Assembly: GCA_002451755.1 (NCBI GenBank)
Contig: DKDF01000113.1
Span: 1 to 42,354 of the forward strand
Source of the DNA: Ruminococcaceae bacterium UBA6855
GTDB taxonomy: Bacteria > Bacillota > Clostridia > Oscillospirales > Acutalibacteraceae
DNA: 42,354 bases
Reading direction: 5' to 3'
Shown: one piece after another, positions 8,131 through 17,999 of the stretch
Layout: each line of letters starts with the position of its first letter
Numbering within the stretch: the first letter of the stretch is position 1
Position numbers and translations under genes: made by a program
The notes under the pieces: generated by a model
What the model was told of the DNA's origin: nothing
Database searches by the model: none
Seen by the model: only the letters and a program-made list of their open reading frames with translations

Positions 8131-8466
8131 ATGTTATCTCTGATGGACGAGCGTCAGCTCAGGCACAGTCTTGCCCTCTGGACGATGAAAAACAGCCGCT
8201 TCGCGCCGCAGCCCGGAAGCTGCGAGGAAGCGGCTTTTATCAAAACTTACGCTGTGCCACAAACAAGATTTGAGCGAGTCAATTCCGCCGTTTCTTCAAA
8301 CGGCAGACCGCTCTCGATATTCCGCACCGTTATACGCCTCGCCGACTGGCAGTCGCGCAGCGGGCAGGAATGTGCGCTGGTCTATCTCAAGGCGGTTGAG
8401 ACGGACACGGACAGTCTCGGCAACACTGCCGAGATCACTCTTGGCTATTCGATAGTCAGCAGGTGA
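8131..8466 (+). CDS. Hypothetical protein
   Basis: 111-aa ORF with a GGAGG RBS filling the gap after the kinase. No recognisable motif. Confidence 0.55.
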   Translation: MLSLMDERQLRHSLALWTMKNSRFAPQPGSCEEAAFIKTYAVPQTRFERVNSAVSSNGRPLSIFRTVIRLADWQSRSGQECALVYLKAVETDTDSLGNTAEITLGYSIVSR

Positions 8467-9028
8467 TATACTTTCTTATCGCGGGATAGATCCGCTTTGC
8501 GATGAACGCGAGCAGCAGGCAGAACACGGCGTCCTTCGGGAAGGTCGTGAACACGCAGGCGCTCATCATCTTCATGAAGCCCGGATATGTATTGAGATAA
8601 AGCCGGGTGATAAAATAAAAATATACAGTACCGATAATATATATTATCACAGTGCCCGCGAGCGCGGCGAAAAAGAGCTTCCAGAATGTGCGCTCCTTTA
8701 GATGCTCGACGATGAATCCCGTGACGGCGGACGCGACAAGGAAGCCGATTATAAATCCGAAGGACGGCTTGAGCACGCAGCCGATTCCCCCGCCGTAAGT
8801 GAACACGGGCACGCCGCAGAGACCGAGGATAATATACGCCGCGACGCTCAGCGACGAGCGCCACGTGCCGAGCAGCATCGCAGAGAGCAGAACAAATTCG
8901 AGCTGCAAGGTTATCGATATCATCGGCAGAGGTATTTTTATAAATGTGCCGAGGATTATCAGGGCGCACGAAAGCGCACACACGGCGGCGGTCATCGCCC
9001 TGCCTTTTGAAGTAATTTTACTTTTCAT
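8456..9028 (-). CDS. bioY: Biotin transporter BioY (ECF S-component)
   Basis: SITLQ, YIILGLCGVPVFTYGGG and PSFGFIIGF motifs; hydrophobic. Confidence 0.9.
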   Translation of the reverse strand: MKSKITSKGRAMTAAVCALSCALIILGTFIKIPLPMISITLQLEFVLLSAMLLGTWRSSLSVAAYIILGLCGVPVFTYGGGIGCVLKPSFGFIIGFLVASAVTGFIVEHLKERTFWKLFFAALAGTVIIYIIGTVYFYFITRLYLNTYPGFMKMMSACVFTTFPKDAVFCLLLAFIAKRIYPAIRKYITC

Positions 9029-9165
9029 TCTCTCACCTTCCGGAAATTGGATCGCATTTGATTATATCACAACAACTATACAATCAATTCAACAAATCGA
9101 CTTTTCAGCGTGAAAATGCGCTTAGAAATACATAAATTATTTTCTTATAGCTGGAGGACAGACTG

Positions 9166-11286
9166 ATGCAAGAGCTGATTAAAAGAAACACTCCGGAGAT
9201 TGCCGACCGATTCGTGCTCGAAATTGAGGACAGGCGCGAGGGCAAGAGCTTCTATGAAATCGAGGCGTGCGGCGACAAAATAGTTCTGCGCGGCGACTGC
9301 AAGATAAGCCTTGCAATGGCATATTACAGATATCTGAAGGACTGCTGCGGGGTCAATCTCGCCCACTGCGGCAACGACAGGATAGGCAATATAGCCGAAG
9401 CTCCCCTGCCCGCGGGCAAGACAGTCTGCATTATCGAGCAGGACAAGCGCGCCTATATGAACTACTGCACATTTTCATATTCTGCCCGCTGGTGGGACTG
9501 GGAACGCTGGGAGCGCGAGATAGACTACATGGCGATGCGCGGAATAAACATGCCGCTGAGCATAGTCGGCTACGAGGCGGTGCTTTTCTACACCCTGCGC
9601 GACCTCGGCTATACGGACGACGGAGCGCTCAATTTCATCAGCGGTCCCGCATATCTTCCGTGGCAGCTCATGGGCAACCTCGACAGCTATTTCAGCCTGA
9701 CGGACAAAGCTTATGTTGACAAGCGACTTGAACTCGGCAAGAAGATAATCGACCGCGAGCTCGAGCTCGGCATGACCCCGATTCAGCAGGGCTGCTCGGG
9801 TCAGGTGCCCTCGACGATTCTCCGCGTGCTCCCGCACACGAATGCATACAATGTCCCCTCCTGGTGCGGGTTCCCCGTAACATATCAGATAGACCCGCTC
9901 GACAAGAATTTCAGAAAATTCGGCATGGCTCTGCTCGAAAAACAGCGCCAGCTCTTCGGCGCGCATCACTATTACGCCTGCGACCCGTTCCACGAGAACA
10001 AGCCCCCGATAAAGGGCGACAAGTATCTCCAGAACGTAGGAAAGGCTATTTCGGAGATGTACACGGCTTTCGACTCGCAGGCGGTCTGGGTCATGCAGGC
10101 ATGGTCCCTGCGTGAGCCGATAGTCAAGGCCGTTGACAAGGACAAACTGCTCATTCTCGACATCGACGACAGCAAATGCGAAAAGACCGACGGCTTCTGG
10201 GGCTACAACTTCATCAGCGGCACGCTCAACAACTTCGGCGACAGAAACACGCTCCACGGCTCTATAGACGCGCTCGCCGAGAACAAGTTCATGGAAGAGC
10301 GCGAAAAATATCCGAATATCGTCGGCACGGGACTTTTCATGGAGGGTATTTTCCAGAACCCGCTGTATTTTGACCTTGCTTCCGATATGCTCACGCGAAG
10401 CGACAAGCCAGAGCTTGACTCATGGCTCAAGGACTACGCCCGCCGCCGCTACGGCAGCGACGAAGCGTGCCTTTTCGAAGCGGTCAAAGATATGCATGAG
10501 ACCTGCTACAGCAAGGCTTGCACGGGACGCGAGACCGCGTCGATAATCTGCGCCCGACCCGCATACGAACAGCGCCACACCGCACCGAACGATGTCTTTG
10601 AGCTGAGATATGACAACGAGAAGCTGCTCGACGCGCTCGAAAATCTGCTTAAAGCCGAGCACGCCGACACGGACGGATACCGATTCGATGTCTGCGATCT
10701 GACGCGTCAGGTGCTCAGCAACTACGCAAAGGATCTCTACAAGCGCAGCATAAGCGCTTTTGACAGCAAAAATATAGGTCTTTTCGAAAAGAGTGTCAAC
10801 ACATTCGTGCGCCTGCTCGAAGATGTTGACAGGCTGCTCATGACACGCCCCGAACTGACGCTCGGCGAGCATGTCAGACAGGCTAACGCCTATGCCTGCT
10901 CCGACAAAGACAGGCAGAATTTCGAGCTCAACGAGCTTTATATGCTGACCCTCTGGGGTCCCGCGCGCTCCTCGCAGCTCTATGACTACGCATGGAAAGA
11001 ATGGGGCGGCATGATAAAGACTTTCTATCTGCCGCGCTGGTATTCGTTCTTCGAGCAGATGGCGGTCAACTTCAAAAAGCGAAAATGCACATTCACAACC
11101 ACAAAGCGCCGCTACAACGACCGCGAGGACTTCGACGGAACTTCGTTCTACAAGAGCGTTGAAAAATTCGAGAACAAGTGGCTCTCGACCTACAAGCCCG
11201 AGCAGCCCTCGGAGGAGGACACGCTCGAAGTCGCGCGCGAGCTGTTTGCCTTCTATGCGCCGATGATAAGAGGTGTTCAGGCATGA
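9166..11286 (+). CDS. Alpha-N-acetylglucosaminidase (GH89)
   Basis: YMNYCTFSYS, WDWERWEREIDYMAMRGIN, catalytic DPFHE and FMEG, LYDYAWKEWGG. No signal peptide evident. Confidence 0.92.
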   Translation: MQELIKRNTPEIADRFVLEIEDRREGKSFYEIEACGDKIVLRGDCKISLAMAYYRYLKDCCGVNLAHCGNDRIGNIAEAPLPAGKTVCIIEQDKRAYMNYCTFSYSARWWDWERWEREIDYMAMRGINMPLSIVGYEAVLFYTLRDLGYTDDGALNFISGPAYLPWQLMGNLDSYFSLTDKAYVDKRLELGKKIIDRELELGMTPIQQGCSGQVPSTILRVLPHTNAYNVPSWCGFPVTYQIDPLDKNFRKFGMALLEKQRQLFGAHHYYACDPFHENKPPIKGDKYLQNVGKAISEMYTAFDSQAVWVMQAWSLREPIVKAVDKDKLLILDIDDSKCEKTDGFWGYNFISGTLNNFGDRNTLHGSIDALAENKFMEEREKYPNIVGTGLFMEGIFQNPLYFDLASDMLTRSDKPELDSWLKDYARRRYGSDEACLFEAVKDMHETCYSKACTGRETASIICARPAYEQRHTAPNDVFELRYDNEKLLDALENLLKAEHADTDGYRFDVCDLTRQVLSNYAKDLYKRSISAFDSKNIGLFEKSVNTFVRLLEDVDRLLMTRPELTLGEHVRQANAYACSDKDRQNFELNELYMLTLWGPARSSQLYDYAWKEWGGMIKTFYLPRWYSFFEQMAVNFKKRKCTFTTTKRRYNDREDFDGTSFYKSVEKFENKWLSTYKPEQPSEEDTLEVARELFAFYAPMIRGVQA

Positions 11287-11453
11287 GCGTTGAGCCGCAA
11301 AGAAAAGGCGGAGACAAGCTTGACCTTTACGAGCGCCAGATAAATATGCTCGACACCCTGCTCCAACACGGGGCGATATCCGAAGCGCAATACCAAAAGA
11401 GCGCGGGGGATTTAGAGAAACTGATGTTCCCGCAGGGAGTGCCGAAAAGATAA
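11283..11453 (+). CDS. Small SHOCT-like hypothetical protein (56 aa)
   Basis: ATGA overlap with the GH89 stop. LDTLLQHGAISEAQYQK resembles the SHOCT GxISxEEY pattern. Confidence 0.55.
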   Translation: MSVEPQRKGGDKLDLYERQINMLDTLLQHGAISEAQYQKSAGDLEKLMFPQGVPKR

Positions 11454-11456
11454 AAA

Positions 11457-11492
11457 ATCAGCCTTCGATTCGCAAAAGAACCGAAGGCTGAT
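11457..11492. terminator. Bidirectional intrinsic terminator
   Basis: ATCAGCCTTCG...CGAAGGCTGAT flanked by A and T tracts between convergent genes. Confidence 0.75.
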
Positions 11493-11502
11493 ATATTTTT
11501 GC

Positions 11503-13026
11503 TTATTTGCTGTTTTTGCCGTGCGAGCCGGAATGACTGCCGTAACCGTAGCCATACCCGTAATGCTTGCCGTAGCCATATCCGTAGCCGTATCTGCGGC
11601 GTGAAATCGAATAGTTTCCGTAGCCGCCCTTGCTGCGGTCGGTCGAGATATTGTAGACGCATCCGGCGAGATCCGTTCCGCCCTGAGTGAGGTCGCTGAC
11701 AGCCTCGAGTATCGCGGGAACAGGGAAAACATCTTCGCGGATAACAAATATTGACGAGTCGGTATATTTTGCGCATATCGCCGCATCCGCAACGATTCCG
11801 ACGGGAGGCGTATCGATGATAATATAATCGAACTTTTCTCTTGCCGCCGCGATGAACTCGCCGGTCTTGGCGTTTGAAAGCACCTCGGTCGGATCCGTTA
11901 TGCTCTCGTCGCCTGCGAGGACAAATATCTTATATTTCTCAATATATTTTATCGCGTCGCTCGAATTCTTCGCGCCGTTGACGACATCGGCTATGCCGTT
12001 GCCGGAAAGATTGCTTATGCCGAGATTCTTGAGCACGGACGGCTTTCTGAGATCGGCATCGACGAGCAGGACGGAATATCCGTTCTGCGCGAGCGCGAGC
12101 GAGAGGTTGACGGCAACGGTCGTCTTGCCCTCATTGGCTCCGGCGCTCGAAACGACAAAGCTCTTGTAGCCGCGCCTGCCGTTGAGCAGTTCGAGCTTCG
12201 TTCGCATTGCTTTATATGTCTCAACGAACGCAAAGCCGCAGGCCTTGTCGGTTATCAGCAGCTCTCGGTCGCCGTGGGCGGATTTCTTATAGAAACGCTC
12301 GCCGCTTGGCACCTGCGACACCCCGCCGATAACATTGAGCTGAAGCTTGTTCTGGATATCCTCCTGGCTTCTGACGGTGTTGCGCGCGGAATCCCTGATT
12401 ATTATAATGAGCGCACATATAACGGCTCCCGCAAGAGCGCCGATAATGGCGTTGCGCACTGTGCCGACGGACTTGTCCGGCTTTGTCGGCAGCTCCGGCT
12501 CGTCGCAGAGATGGATGCTGCCGCCAGAATAGACCTGAACGACATCTTTATATGTATCCTTGACAGCCTGCGCGAGCTCATAAGCCTCCTCGGGCGAGGA
12601 AGCGGTGACGGTCATATCGATAATGCTGCTGTCCGTCTTGCGGGACGCGGCTATCATCTTCGCAACCTGATCCGCAGTCTTCGGATACGACTTGCACTCG
12701 GCGGCTATCGCGTTGCACATGGTGCGCCCGGTCATAAGATGAACGAAAGTATTCGCCATATAAGCCGATGCCGACATATCGTTATAGGAGACGGAATTCT
12801 CCCCCGATGACGAGAGGTCTTTTTCGGATTTATTGTTGACGATAAACGTCATGCTCGAAGTATAGGTCGGCTCTTCGACTGCCTTGGTTATCACTGCGCA
12901 TGACGCGCCGACCACCAACGCAACAAGTATCAGAAGCCACAGTCTTCTCAGAAGAAGACCGAATGCATACATGATGTTCACTTCGACTCCGTCGCTGTCG
13001 GTATCTTTTCTAACTATCTTACTCAA
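11503..13026 (-). CDS. Fused polysaccharide co-polymerase/tyrosine autokinase (CpsC-CpsD, Wzc-like)
   Basis: N-terminal Wzz-like two-TM domain, Walker A SAGANEGKTT, DADLRKP, IIDTPP, and a C-terminal tyrosine cluster YGYGYGYGKHYGYGYGYG. Confidence 0.9.
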   Translation of the reverse strand: MSKIVRKDTDSDGVEVNIMYAFGLLLRRLWLLILVALVVGASCAVITKAVEEPTYTSSMTFIVNNKSEKDLSSSGENSVSYNDMSASAYMANTFVHLMTGRTMCNAIAAECKSYPKTADQVAKMIAASRKTDSSIIDMTVTASSPEEAYELAQAVKDTYKDVVQVYSGGSIHLCDEPELPTKPDKSVGTVRNAIIGALAGAVICALIIIIRDSARNTVRSQEDIQNKLQLNVIGGVSQVPSGERFYKKSAHGDRELLITDKACGFAFVETYKAMRTKLELLNGRRGYKSFVVSSAGANEGKTTVAVNLSLALAQNGYSVLLVDADLRKPSVLKNLGISNLSGNGIADVVNGAKNSSDAIKYIEKYKIFVLAGDESITDPTEVLSNAKTGEFIAAAREKFDYIIIDTPPVGIVADAAICAKYTDSSIFVIREDVFPVPAILEAVSDLTQGGTDLAGCVYNISTDRSKGGYGNYSISRRRYGYGYGYGKHYGYGYGYGSHSGSHGKNSK

Positions 13027-13055
13027 TCACATATCCCCCACTTCGTCAACGCTCA

Positions 13056-14357
13056 TCAAAGAGTATCGACAATCTTTCTTCCTATTGAATCATAGAATAT
13101 CTCGTGCTTTTCGACCTCGGAGAGCTTATAGCAATTCCTGCCGTCAAAGACCAGAGGTCTTTTCATATACTTTTTGTAGTTATCCAGCGGATATTCTACG
13201 ATTTTTTCCCACTCAGTCATTATGAAGCAAACATCCGCATCTGTCAAGGCTTCATCTATATCCTCGGCAAAGTTTATTGCACAATCCGGATAGCGCTTTC
13301 TGAAATTTTCGACGCCCAGCGGATCCCACGCGATTACACTCGCGCCCTCATTGAGGAGTATATCTATATTCTGCTTTGCGGGCGCTTCGCGCAGATCGTC
13401 GGTGCCGGGCTTGAAAGTGAGCCCTATTATCGCCACGCGCACGCCCCTGAAATCCGGGAAGAATCTGCGCGCTTTATCAATAAGCTTTGTGCGCTGTTCG
13501 CGGTTGACATCTATAGTCGCCTTTACGGTCTTGAGCTTCACTCCGGCGTGGTCGCTCTGGAAATTGAGCGCCTTTGTGTCCTTCGGGAAGCAGCTACCGC
13601 CGTAGCCTATTCCGGCTTTTAAGAAGTTCGAGCCGATGCGTCTGTCCATTCCCATTCCACGGGCGACCTCTTCGATATCCGCACCGACTATCTCGCAAAA
13701 GTTCGCAATTTCATTTATATAAGAAATCTTGAGCGCGAGAAAGTCGTTGGAAGCGTATTTTATCATCTCGGAGCTTCGCACGCTGACATGGACTATCGGC
13801 AGTTCGAGAGGCGCGTACATTTCTTCAACTATTTTATATGCCTGCTCATCATCCGCGCCGATAACTATTCTGTCGGCGTTGAAGGTGTCCCTGACCGCCG
13901 TGCCCTGCGAGAGGAACTCGGGGTTTGAGATGACAAAGAAATTAAGATTCGGGCGGCGCTCGCCTATTCTGCGGCGCACGCTCTCGCAGGTTCCGATCGG
14001 CACGGTGGATTTGACAACCACGACCGTTCCGTCGCTGCAATTGTCGGCGATGCTGTCCGCAACGGAGAACACGGCGCTTAAATCCGCGGAGCCGTCCTCC
14101 TTTTCGGGCGTACCGACGCCGATAATAATGACCTGTGCTTCGGAATACTTCGTCACATCGTCCGTGAACTCAAGGCGTTCGCGGTTTTTGAGCATAAGCT
14201 CCTCGAGTCCGTATTCGTAGATGGGAGAGATGCCCTCTTTGAGCATTTTCAGTTTGCCTTTGTCAACATCAAGGCAGATTACATCATGCCCGACATCGGC
14301 AAGCGTGACCGCGGTAACAAGACCCACATAGCCTACTCCCGCAACGGCAATTTTCAT
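13056..14357 (-). CDS. ugd: UDP-glucose 6-dehydrogenase
   Basis: GVGYVG, VKSTVP, SNPEFL, GYGGSCFPKD, FKPGTDDLRE and DGRN motifs. Confidence 0.93.
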   Translation of the reverse strand: MKIAVAGVGYVGLVTAVTLADVGHDVICLDVDKGKLKMLKEGISPIYEYGLEELMLKNRERLEFTDDVTKYSEAQVIIIGVGTPEKEDGSADLSAVFSVADSIADNCSDGTVVVVKSTVPIGTCESVRRRIGERRPNLNFFVISNPEFLSQGTAVRDTFNADRIVIGADDEQAYKIVEEMYAPLELPIVHVSVRSSEMIKYASNDFLALKISYINEIANFCEIVGADIEEVARGMGMDRRIGSNFLKAGIGYGGSCFPKDTKALNFQSDHAGVKLKTVKATIDVNREQRTKLIDKARRFFPDFRGVRVAIIGLTFKPGTDDLREAPAKQNIDILLNEGASVIAWDPLGVENFRKRYPDCAINFAEDIDEALTDADVCFIMTEWEKIVEYPLDNYKKYMKRPLVFDGRNCYKLSEVEKHEIFYDSIGRKIVDTL

Positions 14358-14370
14358 AACATACGCACCT

Positions 14371-15630
14371 TCATTCAAGATTCATATATGTTTTCTTTTT
14401 TTCGTCCTTTAGCTTCATCGCGCAGAAACAGAGCGTCAGCATTATCTGGACATTATAATCGTAATATGATATCAGCGTAGTTTCGCCCACTGCGGTTGCC
14501 GCGAGCAGCAGGAACATTGTGACGCAGAGCCTCTCTCCCCTATACGCTCTGCGGCCCAAGCCGATAAGAAGGTAAATATAGTACCAATAATATGTTATCA
14601 ATCCGACTGCTCCGAGACCGGAAGCCAGCTCGAGATAGTTGTTATGAGCATAGACGGAGAGTCCGTAGATCTGCTCTATCTGATAGGTGTTGTTTCCGAG
14701 TCCGATGCCGATTATCGGATGGGAATAGAATATCTGCGAGGATATCTCTGCCAGACCTTTTCGCAGCGTGAGACTTCCGTCGGCGGACGCGTCGTTGCCG
14801 ACAAGATAATTGAGCATCTTTTCGAGTCTGAAGCCCGCCGCGTTATAGAGCGCGGGAACCTTCAAAAACGCGATTCCGATACCGACCACCGCCAGCGCCA
14901 TCAGGACAAGCCTGAGCAGATAAAAACGCTTGTTGACATAGAATATCAGCATCGTGAACAGAAGAAACACTACGATAAGCAGCGCTTTTCTCGACGACGA
15001 GAGGACTATATAGAGCAGCTCGAACGCCGTACACAGATAATAGGCGCGCTTTTTATAGTAATACGCCTTGCAGAACGATATCGCCACGGCGACGACGCAG
15101 ATATAGGCTATCGTGTTGATATTATTGCCCGTGACATTCTCGTAGCCTATGCGCCCGAAAAAGCCGGAGAACCACATGGAATACGGCGTTCTGATAAATA
15201 TGGAGAAAATCATTATCATTACCGCCGCGGTAAACAGCGAAGTAAAGCGTTCAAAGTCCTCGCGCGTCTCTATATAAAGAGTCACGCAGTAGCAAAACAG
15301 CATTACCTGAATCATTCGCGGTATATAATGCAAAGTATAGCTGACATTATATGCCGCCCAGAGGGACGAGACGACGCAGAGCAGAACAAAGATGCCGTAC
15401 CATATCGTCGGGAGCTTGATAGAGATGCTCGGTCTGCCGAGTATGCGGACAAAAAAAGTCAGACCGACAACGGAAATGAGCGCCGCGTGATATATATAAT
15501 TTCGCTCTCCGAAGCGGAAGTTAAACGCAAACAGAACGGTGAGCATAGCAACAATAGAGAGGTCAAGCAATATCTCCAACGCGGACCGTTTTGAGTCTAT
15601 TTTCAGTTTTCCGTTTCTAAGCTCTACCAT
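14371..15630 (-). CDS. O-antigen ligase/polymerase (Wzy_C) family membrane protein
   Basis: Polytopic membrane protein with LSSSRKA, HPIIGIGLGN and YAHNNYLEL motifs. Confidence 0.85.
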   Translation of the reverse strand: MVELRNGKLKIDSKRSALEILLDLSIVAMLTVLFAFNFRFGERNYIYHAALISVVGLTFFVRILGRPSISIKLPTIWYGIFVLLCVVSSLWAAYNVSYTLHYIPRMIQVMLFCYCVTLYIETREDFERFTSLFTAAVMIMIFSIFIRTPYSMWFSGFFGRIGYENVTGNNINTIAYICVVAVAISFCKAYYYKKRAYYLCTAFELLYIVLSSSRKALLIVVFLLFTMLIFYVNKRFYLLRLVLMALAVVGIGIAFLKVPALYNAAGFRLEKMLNYLVGNDASADGSLTLRKGLAEISSQIFYSHPIIGIGLGNNTYQIEQIYGLSVYAHNNYLELASGLGAVGLITYYWYYIYLLIGLGRRAYRGERLCVTMFLLLAATAVGETTLISYYDYNVQIMLTLCFCAMKLKDEKKKTYMNLE

Positions 15631-15748
15631 ATTTGTCCCCGATCGGCAAATCTATAAAACGAGTATAACATACCTGACAGCTATTCTTTACTCCCGTCAA
15701 GCATAATGAGGTGCTTTTTCTTCAAATATTAAGCATTTCTAAAGTCAA

Positions 15749-16219
15749 TCAGACCGTGACATCGCAGAGCTCTGCGCCGACAAATGCGGCAAGCTCCTTC
15801 GGGTCGAGGCACAGCTGAAGTCCGCGCTGACCTGCGCTGACATATATTTTTTCAAAATCAGATGCGGTGGAGTCGATAAAAGTCGGATACTGCTTCTTCA
15901 TGCCTATCGGCGAGCAGCCGCCGCGCATATAGCCGGTAAGCGAGATAAGCTCCTTGACATGTATCATCTCAAGACTCTTGACCCCGGCGCATTTCGCGCA
16001 TTTTTTGAGATCGAGCTCCGCGCCGACCGGTATGCAGAACACAAAAAGTCCGTTCTTCCCGCCGCGGGTGACAAGAGTTTTGAACACCTGATTCGGGTCG
16101 AGCGAGAGCGCTGCCGCCGCATGAACGCCGCTGAGGTCGCTCTCGTCGTAGTCATATTGGAGAACATCATATTTTATCTTCGCTCTGTCGAGCATTCTCA
16201 TTGCATTTGTCTTTGTCAT
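15749..16219 (-). CDS. ybaK: Cys-tRNA(Pro) deacylase
   Basis: KTNAMRMLD, QVFKTLV, LTGYMRGGCSPIGMKK and SAGQRG motifs. Confidence 0.92.
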   Translation of the reverse strand: MTKTNAMRMLDRAKIKYDVLQYDYDESDLSGVHAAAALSLDPNQVFKTLVTRGGKNGLFVFCIPVGAELDLKKCAKCAGVKSLEMIHVKELISLTGYMRGGCSPIGMKKQYPTFIDSTASDFEKIYVSAGQRGLQLCLDPKELAAFVGAELCDVTV

Positions 16220-16224
16220 GATTT

Positions 16225-17160
16225 TCACACTCCTGCCATGATATGCATAGTCCGCAGCTGCGTCGAGGATATTTTATCGTTGACCGAATATGCGTGCTTC
16301 TCGAGATCGCCGCATATCGCGTCTGTAAGGCTTTGATTTTGCAGCTCGGTTATTATCATCGAGGCAATGTCCTCGACTATATCCGCCTTCGCCGAGGCGG
16401 TCACGGGTTCATTGTCCGAAGATATGAGAAATTCAAATGTATCGGCAAGCTCCGAGAGCTTTTCGAGCCCGCGCATTGCCCTGAACGCCCATTTATAAAA
16501 CGGGCGGTATTTTCTGTTGAGCAGGAACACCGCAGACATGGCGTGATCTGCAAATTCTATCATCGCAAGCTGGGCACCGCCCGTCTCGCCGTGGGAAATG
16601 CAGCGCTTGAAATTATACTGTCCCGCCTGCGCCGCCATTATCAGATGACCTGCGAGCTTTTTGAGCATGACATCCTGCGGCATATCGAGAAACGACCGGC
16701 GGATACGCGAAAACTCGCCGAGATCGTCGCGGAAGACTTCGCCGTTCGTTGCCGCCGCAAGGCAGCTGTCGGGTGTGGTCATCCACTGATTTACAGAATC
16801 AAAACCCGTGCGCGAGCCTGTTTTTGCGAGATAGAAGTCCCCTGTTTTTATAACTCCGTGGCGGCTGCCGCCGACCGGGCTTATTTTAAGTCTGTCAACG
16901 CCTTCAAAGCTCTTCGGGAGCTTCGCATAGGCGCGTTCGAGCTGAAATTCCGTGCGGCTGTCGATATCATCGGGCACAAAGATACAGAACCCCGGCTCAA
17001 AATCATGGTCGCGCGATATATCGTCGTCATAGCCGAAGCACTCCGAGCCGTCGCCGACAAGACCTATAGCGAGCTTATCTTCAAGCTCCGGGAACTTTTC
17101 ATGGAGCATCGGCGCGCCGTATGTTTCATAGAATTTTCTTGAAAGCTCAAGTCCTTTCAT
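16225..17160 (-). CDS. DUF4037-type protein, Pol-beta nucleotidyltransferase-like
   Basis: GLVGDGSECFGYDDDISRDHDF (G-S...DxD), TNGEVFRDDLG, GQYN and PFYKW motifs. Confidence 0.75.
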   Translation of the reverse strand: MKGLELSRKFYETYGAPMLHEKFPELEDKLAIGLVGDGSECFGYDDDISRDHDFEPGFCIFVPDDIDSRTEFQLERAYAKLPKSFEGVDRLKISPVGGSRHGVIKTGDFYLAKTGSRTGFDSVNQWMTTPDSCLAAATNGEVFRDDLGEFSRIRRSFLDMPQDVMLKKLAGHLIMAAQAGQYNFKRCISHGETGGAQLAMIEFADHAMSAVFLLNRKYRPFYKWAFRAMRGLEKLSELADTFEFLISSDNEPVTASAKADIVEDIASMIITELQNQSLTDAICGDLEKHAYSVNDKISSTQLRTMHIMAGV

Positions 17161-17980
17161 ATATCTCGTCCGACCTCCTTTTTATCTCCTTGGCGGTCAC
17201 AAACCAGCCGTAATATTCAAAAGTCGGGGCGCATTTTTCGCAGACGAAGGCATAGTTGCCGTCGAGCGCATTGGATTCATCGAGCAGAAGATTTTCAGCC
17301 GTTTGCAGGCAGTCGGTGATGAACTCCGACGCGTTTTCGAGCCCCTGCTGCGCCTCTGCGGCGTTGGCGAGGTTCAGATATGTTATCGCTGTTTCGGGCT
17401 TTCCGCCGGGCAGCGCACTCATAATTTCTATCGCTTTTTGATAGAGCTCGCGCGCCTGATCGTATTCCTTGAGCGACACGCAGGCGAGCGCCATATTGTT
17501 ATAGAGTCCGCCGAGACGCGCGTCCCCGGGCGGAAGAAAATCTTCGTAGATGCTCTTCGCTTCGCCGTAGCGTTCGAGGGCTTCGCGCGGGCGGTCAAAG
17601 GCTTCGCAGACCGTTGCGGCATTGAGGCAGACAGTCGCGGCGGTTATCGAGCCGCCGAGGGACAGCGTTTTCACAAGCTCGTCCGCCTTTTCCGCGCTTT
17701 CAAAAGCTTTGTCCTTCAAGCCCATTTTGCGGTAGAGACCCATAAGCTCGTTGAGCACCGCGAGCTCGCCGCGCTTGTCGCCGCCCATGCGGGCTTCGGA
17801 GAGCCAATATTCAAGGTGCCTGCGCGCCGCGGGCATATCGTTATGGGAGAGCAGAGTATCGAGCCTGTCCACAACGCGGTCGACGGGGATAAACGACACA
17901 TTAGCGTTTTCGTCCGGATAATAGAAATCGGTACAGCTCGGGCATCTCGGCTCTTTGTAATCTTCGGGGTCAAGGCTCAT
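17147..17980 (-). CDS. Tetratricopeptide repeat protein
   Basis: Repeats LNELMGLYRKMG, LNAATVCEA, YNNMALAC and YLNLANA. N-terminal CxxC. AAGGAG RBS. Confidence 0.8.
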   Translation of the reverse strand: MSLDPEDYKEPRCPSCTDFYYPDENANVSFIPVDRVVDRLDTLLSHNDMPAARRHLEYWLSEARMGGDKRGELAVLNELMGLYRKMGLKDKAFESAEKADELVKTLSLGGSITAATVCLNAATVCEAFDRPREALERYGEAKSIYEDFLPPGDARLGGLYNNMALACVSLKEYDQARELYQKAIEIMSALPGGKPETAITYLNLANAAEAQQGLENASEFITDCLQTAENLLLDESNALDGNYAFVCEKCAPTFEYYGWFVTAKEIKRRSDEIYERT

Positions 17981-17999
17981 GTCAAAGCTCCTTTCGGCA

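Noticed and set aside
11539..11592. Short tandem CCGTAG/CCATA repeats
   Set aside because: They encode the YG tyrosine cluster of the BY-kinase and are not a CRISPR array or contingency repeat.
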